Below, in pieces: positions 27,901-37,811 of a stretch of DNA of 64,000 nucleotides. A model generated the notes under the pieces. It did no database searches, was not told the DNA's origin, and saw only the letters and a list, made by a program, of their open reading frames with translations. The position numbers were made by a program, and so were the translations under genes. How positions within the stretch are numbered: position 1 is the stretch's first letter; each line of letters starts with the position of its first letter. Source of the stretch: Tubiluchus corallicola (taxonomy: Eukaryota > Animalia > Priapulida); contig JAQGDQ010000100.1 of the NCBI GenBank assembly GCA_030141605.1, positions 496,001 through 560,000 on the forward strand, given 5' to 3'.

Positions 27901-30530
27901 ACAGTAGATGCCTTTCATTAGACTCACGGTTAATCAAATAAATTGCCTAATTGATTCAAAAACATCTGGGGCTGGTTTCGCAAAGCTGTCACTAAGTTAA
28001 CAACATCGTTATTATATTCAGTTAACTATTGAGGGCTTTGTGAAACTGGGCCTTGGAGCGGGCCGCTTCTAATCAAAGGTATATAAGAACTGTCGACAAT
28101 TGACTCAAATAACTCCACATAATTGGCTCAATATTTTTGCTTCACGTACTTAAAATAAGACACTTGTGTATGATCAAAGAGCTTTTGCTACTGTGTAACC
28201 TTTATGTCATTTTTATACACTGTAATATGCTAGAAGCAACCACGTTAATTACCGTTTTGCTAGTAGGCAGGCACATTTATCATGTGCTAATATACTAGGG
28301 AAATATATGAATCTTTGGTTTAGCTTTGAATCTGTCACCCGCTCATCTACTGCTATTAACATTGTTGCCCAAGAATTTATGAAAGCTAAACTTTTAATCA
28401 CATGCCTAGTGGTTTCGTTTTGAAGCTCTTGCTGCTTTTCATAGAAAGTTTAATCAATTAACCCAATGCAGCGACAGTAATCTGCCAGTATTCTTTGAGA
28501 CTTGACAAAATCAGTAGGCCCTAGTACGAAACCCATCAGATAATAGATTCTGTTGGTTTATTGGGTCAAAACATTTTCATCTCCAAATGAGTTTGTTAAG
28601 GGGGACCTCCTGTATATGAAATTATGTGTACCATTTAGGTTTTGCGTTTTCTTTGTATAAATTGTTGCTTAGCACTACAGTAATTATTGTTTACCTACTA
28701 TATATAATTGTAAATCTTAGTTTTGAAGAAATTAGTTTCAGATTTATTAAAAAACATTTTGCTTTGTACACATAAAATTATAATACTTTACCGGCATCAT
28801 TATTGCATTATTGTACTCGATGAAGTTTACATGTAAATATCGCAGTTGAATTTTTAAAATGGCAATGTTAACTGAAGTTATTGATTTTCGGTTTAAACTA
28901 TACTAAAAGTCATTCCACAATAGCTAACATTATTTTTCCTTTTTATCACTCTGCGGAGCATTGTTGGTCATGCATCAATCATGGAGCTTGAGTGTGGTAC
29001 CCATGGGTGATCAAGTTATTATGTTAATAAACTTGTAACTGACACCTTAATTTCTAGGAGCTGGATATGATTGGCGATCTTTCACGGTTAGGACACTTCA
29101 ACCGCTTGGAACTATCACGGATCTTGCAGTTGCTGTTTCCGTCGCGCCCAGAAGAACAATTGAATGCAATGTTAGATAACATTCAGCGGCGGGAAGCTGT
29201 TGTGATGAAAGTCGGTGTACAGAGAGAAGACAGGTTTACTTTTGTGAAATTTTAGTATTGCGTACATTGTTATGTTGTCTAGAACTTTGTTTATGGCTAT
29301 AGGGGATGCTTGGTTGGTAGCTGTAGTGACTGTATAGCCTGGGCCAGCTAATTTTGGTAAAGTATTGTACTAGGGATGCCTAAATCTTCCTAAGATGTTT
29401 TAATATAATTTTCTCAGCAAAATTCCTCTATTGACACTCAATGCTAGATGGTGAATTTAGAAACAAATAATAACCAAATCTCCTGCATTATAAAGAAATA
29501 ATGCTTATCTTGAATGACTGAAGGCCTTCTTTGACTGAAAGAAAGTTAATGTAAAAATAATTCCATGTACCAAGGGTTTTTCAGCACAAAAAACATTTAT
29601 ACCTGTTTCATTGTCAACGAACTAACTAACTGAACATTTCCAGAGAATATGATCAGACAAGAGCAAGCAGTTTGGAATTGAGAATCAAGTCTTCTCTTCA
29701 GCAGTCTGCTTCAGCATCTGTGCCAAATAAACAATACAAATTAATCAACCCTGTAAATGCAAACGAAAGCAGGTATATTGTTTACCTATTTGTTGGCAGT
29801 AACTAATACATTGTACTCTAAACTGTCTGTGTAGCTGTGCAATGCAACAATTCAACTTCGAGTTTCCAGCAAAAAAGTAATTATACTAAATTAGTGCAAT
29901 AAAGTATTGAAAATACTTATAATAGTGTATAATTTCTGTTTCAAAATATGGGCCGAGCTTAGCTTGTCATAAAATATTGTGTTGCTCACATTCTCTAGCC
30001 GATATGTTTGAGGCTGTGGAGGGGGTTGAATCTGCAAATACGGTGGCCACACAGTGATGAGTTAAGTGATGCATGCCTCAGAGAAGATCAACCAAAATGA
30101 AACAAAGTGGGGAACATTCGAAATTGGCCAATCCGAAAGCAATATTCTGAAATTAATGCAAGAGGAGTGAGTTACATTATGGAATTTAGGGAACTTAGGG
30201 GCGATGTGCTATCACTGTGCAAGATGAGTAATCTAGCCATATTAATTATGTAAGCAGGAAGGTTAGATCTTGTGAATGAATATGCATGTTGGGTTTTTAT
30301 GATTGTTTGTTAGAAACCACTCCTCGAATGGAGTTTTGTGCAATAAAACATTACAATCGACTTTATGTTTTTGTACTAGTAGAAATAAAGTACCGTCCAA
30401 TAGGAAAGCAGCATCCAAATTGCCTGCTAGAAAACATAACGTTGTTAGTGGTTCTACAGACATGCAACAAGCACAACAGCCACAAGGAAAGAAAACCAGA
30501 AAGAATGAGATATCATCTGTAAATTCTTGA
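3927..30530 (+). CDS. EVC2: EVC2/limbin-like single-pass membrane protein, ~1847 aa, 36 coding exons, with large Ig-repeat ectodomain
   Basis: Phase-consistent GT-AG exons: 3927-4117, 4625-4814, 6125-6201, 6320-6812, 7067-7297, 8000-8164, 8491-8578, 10211-10375, 10937-11160, 12165-12299, 12778-12930, 13141-13348, 14448-14578, 15048-15119, 15494-15655, 17734-17804, 18003-18168, 18347-18505, 18675-18761, 18906-19016, 19785-20012, 20614-20693, 21618-21777, 22154-22223, 22470-22661, 23181-23290, 23798-23895, 24107-24308, 25312-25446, 25629-25730, 26019-26198, 27132-27295, 27730-27817, 29058-29233, 29644-29772, 30380-30530 (5544 nt). Signal peptide MFLLSYVITAVVLSWSLASC; TM AVSSVLAIFLGLFTIFVITFVI. 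Cytoplasmic segments IEAQRTETVLDIVHIMVNHLRKRGILSAAASEK, RLRKQEEKLGAIIASLQITKARE and LSRILQLLFPSRPEEQLNAMLD resemble EVC2 in the same order (recalled, not searched). Confidence 0.85.
9481..9561. repeat. Short direct duplication (35-bp unit, 46-bp period) in an intron
   Basis: caagtaaacattgttccat(g/a)tc(c/t)atgtatttaagt occurs at 9481 and 9527. Confidence 0.85.
15754..16722. mobile_element. Non-autonomous Tc1/mariner (pogo/Tigger-like) element, copy 1
   Basis: TA on both flanks. 24-bp TIR CAGTAGGTGCCGCTTAATGGACTC versus reverse-complemented right end CAGCAGGCGCAGCTTAATAGACTC (4 mismatches). No transposase ORF. A second copy starts at 27902. Confidence 0.85.
27902..28612. mobile_element. Tc1/pogo-like element, copy 2 (more diverged, shorter, carries a nested insertion)
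   Basis: TA|CAGTAGATGCC...CCTCCTG|TA. Colinear with copy 1 (e.g. gactcaaataactccacataatt, gctaatatactag, agaaagtttaatca). Confidence 0.8.
27969..28052. mobile_element. 84-bp Harbinger-like MITE nested in Tc1/pogo copy 2
   Basis: Absent from copy 1. Imperfect TIRs GGGCTGGTTTCGCAAAGC / GCTTTGTGAAACTGGGCC. Flanked by CTG/TTG where copy 1 has a single CTG. Confidence 0.7.
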
Positions 30531-31282
30531 TAGATAAGAGACATGTTTATTGTTAAAAAAATCTACAAATACCTGCATTTTACTGCCTAGTGGAATGTAT
30601 TTATTAATTGTAAAAACCTTCATCTTACTGCCATGTGGCACCTATTTATTAATTATAAATTCTAAGTGATTCAAGATTAAAGTATTCAAAATGTTAACTA
30701 GTTCTGACAAATACTTTAGCAGTATTTCTGTTTCTGTTAAGGTCATTTGGCACCATTTGTTCCGATATTCATTCGTTTGTTCACTTATCCAGTCACTCAT
30801 TCCATTAATCACCCATTCATTTTCTACATGCATAGTTATTTATTTATTGCATTTATAAGAATGAACCTGTGATTTTTTACCTTGCTTATATGTTGCCATT
30901 TGTTACTTCTCATAATCCATGAAAATGAGTAGTTTATGATAGAAAATGACTTAGTTTTATGTTAAGAAGACAAGTGCACATATTCCCACCACAATTTTTC
31001 ATTATAAACATTTTATACAATATGTTACGTTTTTAGTAATTTTTAAACATGATTTAAAATGGATTTTAGACTTAGATTAGTTGGAATATTAGGTAGCTTA
31101 TGTATTGTAGGTATAACTTAAAACGTCTTTAAACGTAAATTGTGTTTTGCATACTATGTACGTCCTGACTACTAACATGTCATCAGCTGACCTAACTATA
31201 TGTAACTTGTAGTAATAGGTCAGATTTATACTCATTGATTAATTATATCCTAACTATGAGCTTAAATTGTACATCGGTAATT

Positions 31283-31288
31283 AATAAA
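31283..31288 (+). promoter_or_regulatory. Candidate polyadenylation signal of the EVC2-like gene
   Basis: AATAAA ~750 nt after the stop codon, followed by T/GT-rich sequence. Confidence 0.45.
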
Positions 31289-31657
31289 TATTTGTTGTAA
31301 TTTTTAAAAAATATTTTGTTATCTTTTAAACCTTAAATCTTTTTCCAAGCGGATGATAAGAGTTGTTTTTTTTACTAGTTGTCTTGCAACGATTGTGTTC
31401 ATAGGAAATAGAACTTGACAAATCCCTGAAGCTATATAGTCACTTTAGTCTTTAAAAGACTTTCGTTTGAAAATGGTAGTATGCTTTTAGAGAAAGGCCG
31501 AAGCACCCTCATCCATAAAGCTTTCATTTATCTACTTCTGTCTTGAATTTTTTAAACGGTTTCTTACTATTTACATTTATTTATATTTTTAAGAATTTTC
31601 ATAGTAAACGTTACATTTGCAACGTTTTGGCCACAGAGTCTGGCCATTTCTAAGCAA

Positions 31658-32669
31658 TCGTATATATTAATTTCGGTGGTATATATATATATAACCGACG
31701 ACGGAACCATTCTCGACGATCTATACATCGAACGAAACTTCCAGACCCACAAGGGTTTATTTTTTGAATCGGGTCCAGCGGGAGGAGCAGGGGGCGAAAA
31801 TAACCTCCAAAAATAGCCATTTTTGCCCGTTTTTTGCAAAACTACTTATACCTCTTATTTCTAGAGAACGGGAATGGGATGGTTTCGGTGGTATAGGATA
31901 TATATAAGATTCGAGGCTCCAGCTCCAACGACGGCACCACTTTCGGCGATCTATATATCAAACGAAAGGTATCCATCCAGTCCTTTAACGTTGGGGGTAT
32001 TTTTCGAATCGCGCCCACCGGGGTGGGAGGAGGTCTCCAAAAATGGCCGGTTTTTGCCCGTTTTTTGCAAACTTATACCTCTTATTTCTAGAGGTCGGGA
32101 ACGGGCCGGGGGCGGTGTCAGTAATTGGATTTATGGGCATATTTAGGATTCGCGGGAGAGCCACGGTTTCGCGTAACGGTTGTTTTCCCGTATCCATACA
32201 CCCAAATTTTGTGAAAAACTGCACAAATAGCCCCCAGAAAAACTCAATTTGTGCAATTGTTTGAGCATGCTGAGAAAAAATAAGCACACTCGCTGAAACA
32301 TGAGGGAACGGACAACAAGATGTGAAGGTATCGTTGGGAGAGAGGTCCACTAGACGAAACGGGAAGGGTTATTTAAAAATTTCTTTTTCAGCCCCTCAAT
32401 GCTGCACTGTATTAGGAAAATTGGAACATCATAGTCTTTAACTTTGGGAAATATCGCGGCTGTTCCAGGCGTTGTATTCGCCCGCCATTCTAATATGTTA
32501 TATATTGTATATTTAAGTTATATCTGTTAGCTTATTATCATCAAAGAGGCAGTAAGCAAAACCTTTTAGAATGTCCGTGCGTTACTGATCATTGGTGGAT
32601 GGGTCTAACAGCATTTGTCATAGCACAGAGTTTCAACTTTGTGCAAAATGCTTCGCATGGTTTTGCTAT
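31658..32669 (+). mobile_element. Non-autonomous Helitron-like element, copy 1
   Basis: Starts A|TCGTATATATTAATTTCGGTGGTA followed by (TA)n. Internal ~230-bp tandem duplication. Ends with a degenerate hairpin gtgcaaaatgcttcgcat and CTAT. Homologous to 57402-58213. Confidence 0.6.
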
Positions 32670-33529
32670 GCTGTTGTGATCACCATGTGATCACGATATG
32701 ATCACCATGTGATGTAGTGGGTTTGATGTGGTGTGGATGGTGTGATTGGTGTGATGTGGTGGGTGTAGTGTGGTGTGGTGTAGGTTGTGTGTTGTGGGTG
32801 GTGTGGCGGGTTGGTGTGGCGTGTTGAGTGGTATCGTGTTAATAGAATCCACCTGTTAGTTCAGCTAGCTCTGGCTTCAGATTTTTTTGGCTATAGCCCC
32901 TGACAAGTGTTCGAATTTCGTTTGGCTGAATTGGTGACTTCATCGTCACTTGTGCATTGCTTCAAATGTTGCCATTGTGAAAACTGTTATATGGGTTACA
33001 AGAGTTGGGGAACATCAGTATGCGGTAGTTGGGATTCACTTCATTGGAACTTGACTCACATTTCAGTTGTTCAAAAGTGCAAAACCAAATTCGAATACTT
33101 GTTATATGGGGCACTGGACAAAAATCTGAAGCTAGAGCTGAACAAATAGGGGATTTTATTAAACCATTGCAATTTTAAATGTATAGTTATTTGATCCTTA
33201 AATTCTAGAATTCTTGCGGCTTTTAGAATGTTAAACTTTAATTCCTAATTGCTTAATTGAAAAAGGCTAGAGTCTTGTAGAAACGTTGCAAAGCTAATAT
33301 TTACTGTAAAACTGTTAAAAACAACTGTTAATAAGAATTCTTAGTTTTATTAAATCAATAATCAATCAATTTGTTAATTTTGTAATGGTTGGCTTACTGT
33401 TTACCATTATTTGTACCTTCAAAAATTTTCCGATCCAGTAAATTTATAACTAGTCAATTCCGTTTTGAATTTTTAGTAACTTCGTGATTTTTTCTTGGCA
33501 TAGCAGTTATTTATATCATTGTTTATACA

Positions 33530-33604
33530 CTAGTCCAGCATTCCACGACAGATTATGCCACTTACGTCGTGTTGAATAGGCACTGTCGTGGAATGCTGGA
33601 CTAG
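33530..33604. repeat. Perfect 22-bp inverted repeat with 31-nt spacer (mini-MITE/hairpin)
   Basis: CTAGTCCAGCATTCCACGACAG (33530-33551) and CTGTCGTGGAATGCTGGACTAG (33583-33604). Confidence 0.9.
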
Positions 33605-33647
33605 CTTGTACAGCACGTTTTTAATGCACAAACACGAGTTTGTCGGA

Positions 33648-33908
33648 AGTGCAAAATACTAAATATATTATGTTTATTTTTATCGACCATTTACATTTTT
33701 TATTTCTGTGAGTGGATGTGTAGGTAAGGGCCCCAGTGCACTACTGTGCCCGTTGCTGATGCTGATGATGTTGCTGTTATTGTTATAATATAGTTTTAAG
33801 TAAATAATATTAGTAAAATAGCACGGAGGCCCCTACCTATACAACCACTCACAGGAATAAGAATGTAAAATTAAAATTAAACGTAATTATATTTATTGTT
33901 TTTGTACT
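33648..33908. mobile_element. Fold-back MITE-like element with ~90-bp imperfect inverted arms
   Basis: Arm 33648-33739 (ttacattttttatttctgtgagtggatgtgtaggtaagggccccagtgc) pairs with 33821-33908 (gcacggaggcccctacctatacaaccactcacaggaataagaatgtaa). Confidence 0.7.
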
Positions 33909-34360
33909 GTGTATGTAAATCTGTTACGTTAGCAAAAAGCTAAAACACTTAAAATCATGAAACTATCACGTGCAAATTTGGAACCCAAGCTGTCACGAAT
34001 CATTAGCGTAAAGAGTGTGTGTTAAACCCACCACATCTTAAAGAATTTTGCAGTTTTTTGCTAGTTAAATCTTAGCTTTTCCAACTTGATATTAATTCCT
34101 TTTAGTTAATCCTAACTCTAAACTCGATTCATAATTCGAACATCTCTATTCGTAATGTCAAATACTGTATGAATAAGACTTCCGCGATGTAGACCCTTTG
34201 CATTGCATCTCACCTGGACAGGTGCAAATATCGATTCCTTTAACAAATAAATGGTAATACTACAACGTAGTACTATTATATAATATCTTATTGACTCTCA
34301 CTTGCGCTGCAATCATCTCGTTTTGAATTGGTGTTTGTACAGAAGCACACAAGTGTGACG

Positions 34361-34543
34361 TAATACAATACGATACGATACGATACGATACGATACGATA
34401 CGATACGATACGATACGATACGATACGATACGATACGAAACGATACGATACGATACGATACGATACGATACGATACGATACGATACGATACGATACGATA
34501 CGATACAATACAATACAATACAATGCAATGCAATACAATACAA
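34361..34543. repeat. (GATAC)n/(CAATA)n microsatellite
   Basis: Directly visible; it generates the spurious YRIVS ORFs. Confidence 0.97.
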
Positions 34544-35880
34544 TATTTTAATGCACTTTGTTTGCCATAAAACTGGATTACAATAAAATGAGAATTTTCA
34601 GTGTTAAAAATATTTTTGGGTGTTAAGACACTTCTAAAGGCATAAGGCGTCCGGTGCAAAACTAAAAACTGCTAGTCCATAAAACTAAACTAAAAGCAAT
34701 AATTGAATACGCATAAAATCATATATATAGGTACACAATACAAAATATAGGCACAATACAGTGCGTTAGTAAAATGTATAATATACATCAGGCAAAATTA
34801 CGTCAAATAATCTTGATATACAATCATTATATACATATAAACATGCTGCATAACAAAATTTTCTTATATAGATATCATATTTATAATTAACAAATTAGGG
34901 TTGGTACTGTTTCATTTTGTATTTGAAAATAGCCAGTGATTCTGATTGTTTACTACAGGATGGGAGAGAGATAATTCCTTTTGAATCATTGCCAAATTTA
35001 TTGTTTACTTGAATTTGCTTTCTGTTATTAGTATGGCTGTTTCTTATCACCAGTTGATAAGAAAGGAGATTTTGAGACCATTAATATATTTACATAAGAA
35101 TATTAAAGTTATAGTCTTAGCACACAGTTTTGAAATGTGTTTCATTTAAAAAACATTCTGTTTTGCGTTTTGAGATAACATGCAACCATATAAAAAGTAG
35201 GGCATTGCTAATGTTTTCTATATGAGAATTTTAGTTTGTCTGGTCAGATGCCCTCTAACTTGGCGTATACAAGCTATACTGGCTGCCATGTTTTTATGGA
35301 TTTGACTAAAACGTTTATGCCAATTTAGTTTATTATCTATCATTATGCTTAAGAATTTGACAGTGTCTGCTTGCTCTATATTATTTTTGCATACGTTTAA
35401 AGAAATATATCTGTTATTGGATTAGTAAAGCGTGAGAAAACCCACGAATTAAGTATTTTTACTATTCATTTTAGGCCATGATAATTAAAAGCAGAAGTAA
35501 TGTTTTCTACATTTTGTTGCTGTTTTTTACCCCTTTTTGTGGATTTTTGTGTGCTGTATGAATAGTGGTATCGCCTACATATCGTGTTATGCCAGAATTC
35601 TGTAAAGTAGTGTTAAATTTATTCACATAAAGACAGAACAGCAGAAGTCCTGGGATTGTTCCCTGTGGTATGCCTCTTACCAGTTTATTCTGTGTTGAGA
35701 ATGTGGTTTTATTTAGTTTTACCATTTGCTATCAGTTTTGCAAATAGTTTTGTATGAAGTTAAAAGACGTGTTGTTAAAGCCTAAATGGCGTCTTACAGT
35801 AACTGTTCTTGCTTACAGTTACAGTATCCACAGTAACATACATTTACTTGTTGTATCTACACATATTTAGCCTTAGATTC
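34544..35880 (-). mobile_element. Decayed CR1/L2-type LINE (reverse transcriptase fragment plus probable 3' end)
   Basis: Minus-strand GIPQGTIPGLLLFCLYVN...RYVGDTTI matches RT motifs GVPQGSxLGP and YADD. Further on, IEQADTVKFLSIMIDNKLNWHK matches KFLGxxIDxxLxW. Frameshifted, with stops. Confidence 0.8.
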
Positions 35881-37026
35881 TTTAACATTGTTTAGTTAAA
35901 ACTGCGTCCTAACATTAACAGCAACAACATCATCAGCAGTAGCAACTGTTCTTTCTGACAAGAGCTATGATCATATGGCAGGGATGATGATGAAAGTAGC
36001 GATGACGACGACGGTGACGAAAACCATAATCATGATGATAATAATGATAATGAGTACAAATGAGAATGATAGCAACATAACGATGATAATGGGAAGTATG
36101 ATGAGGTTTATGCTCATGATAAATATGGCAGTACTAGTGAAAACAACACACAAGAATATTTCCTCGTGATTGCGACATAGGCAGTATATTATTATTTATG
36201 ATGAAAACTACAATAATGAACAGCACGAAAATTACCTAAACGTGCATGACATATAACATCAAGAGTCAAATTCAGAAGGAGGAAGACTATGAAATTAAAA
36301 TTGTCAGACAGCCAAAACCAGAACTTCTCAGGCCACACGCCTCAGCATTTGATACAAGTGCAGACGCAGACATACTTCCATTAGAAACAGTTTGATCTGT
36401 AAATTTTGTATTTTCATGTTGCTAAGTGCTGCGTATTGATGCGGTTACGAAACATTTTTTGCTTTCTGATCAGTCCTGCTTTCTAAATGCCTCATTGCCA
36501 GATTGCCTTGTGCCGCTCAAAACAGTGAAAATTTTTGTATTTTTGAAAGGATAATATTGCAAGCAAATACGGGAGTCAGTTGCGAGAGAATTGTAAGTGA
36601 ATGGTTGATTCACATGTGTGACCGACCAGAAAATAACTGGAGGGGCAAAATGATAGAGTTTGTTCTCTGCACTTGACGATGACGGCTTTTGACTCTGAGC
36701 AAGGAATACTAAAAGGCAGTGGCTTGGTGGTTTTATCTTCATAAGCAGAACCGACTATATAAGTTTTGTAGTGTGCTGCTACTAATGTCAACAAGTTAAT
36801 AAGTTTCAGGTTATTTGTTATACTGAACTGCAAAGATGTGCACATTGTAATACACTAAGTAACGACAGATATTTATAACTATGATAATTATGCGTAGTTA
36901 AGAATTTTAGGTGTTGTTCACTATTGCTTACTTCTAGCTTGCTATGCTAGAGTCCAGCGATATACTGCGTACCTGAGTGAATGTTCAGGCAGACATTAAC
37001 GTTTATCAGAAGAAATAAACTTGTAA

Positions 37027-37811
37027 TGTCCCGTTTATACATAGGGCTCCGTTGTAAATTGCTCTATGTTATTTCAAATTGCGTCGTTTATACATAATGT
37101 AACCGGCCGTGCAATTTTTCGCGTTCATTGCTCTCTAACGGATTTCCTGTATGCAAACAATTAGAAGTATGAAGCAAAGACGTCTCTACACAAATGCTTA
37201 TGAAATGCACAATGGCTGAATTGAGTATTTAACATGTTGAATTTTTATAGTTTGATCTGTTTGATTACTTTAGGCTGACCAATGCCCAACTCAAACAAAT
37301 AGCTAATCATTCTCTTGGGCTGAGCGTCACACCTTTGTATCATTCTTTGCGAATATCATTCTCTGTAAGTTTCAGTAAACTGTCAAATTGTTCCTCGGTC
37401 AATTCTGAAGAACAGCTGAATTTGTTTAAATGGAAATGTAATTCTTGCACAAGGTGATGGTATTATTATCATCACTTATTTTCGAACACACATGTACAGC
37501 TAAGTTACATAAGTGGTTCAATTAAAAGAAATTATTAGACTAGTAATTCACCGTACAATGGTCTTCTTTGGAATATTTCATGCACTGATGTTCGCCCGTG
37601 TCTTTTAGCATTTTTACGATTTCGTGTACATCAATACAGTGCCAAAACTCCATCCATAATGAACCAAGCTATTTCTGAAAGTGACGAGAAAATTATGTAA
37701 AGACCGCTTTATATCTGACAGACGATGCGCGCGGAAAAACCGAGCGAATTTCTTTTGCGGAAAACCGAGCACGAAATTGCGGGGAAAACCGCTCTATGTA
37801 TAAACAGGACA
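37027..37811 (-). mobile_element. Internally deleted PIF/Harbinger transposon with transposase remnant
   Basis: 21-bp TIR TGTCCCGTTTATACATAGGGC / TGTCCTGTTTATACATAGAGC. Minus-strand peptides VHEIFQRRPLYGE and YHHLVQEL...EEQFDSLLKLTENDIRKE...SPRE*LAICL resemble the N-terminus of HARBI1/ALP1-like transposases. Confidence 0.8.

Noticed and set aside
34260-34659. YRIVS-repeat ORFs
   Set aside because: Artefacts of the (GATAC)n array.
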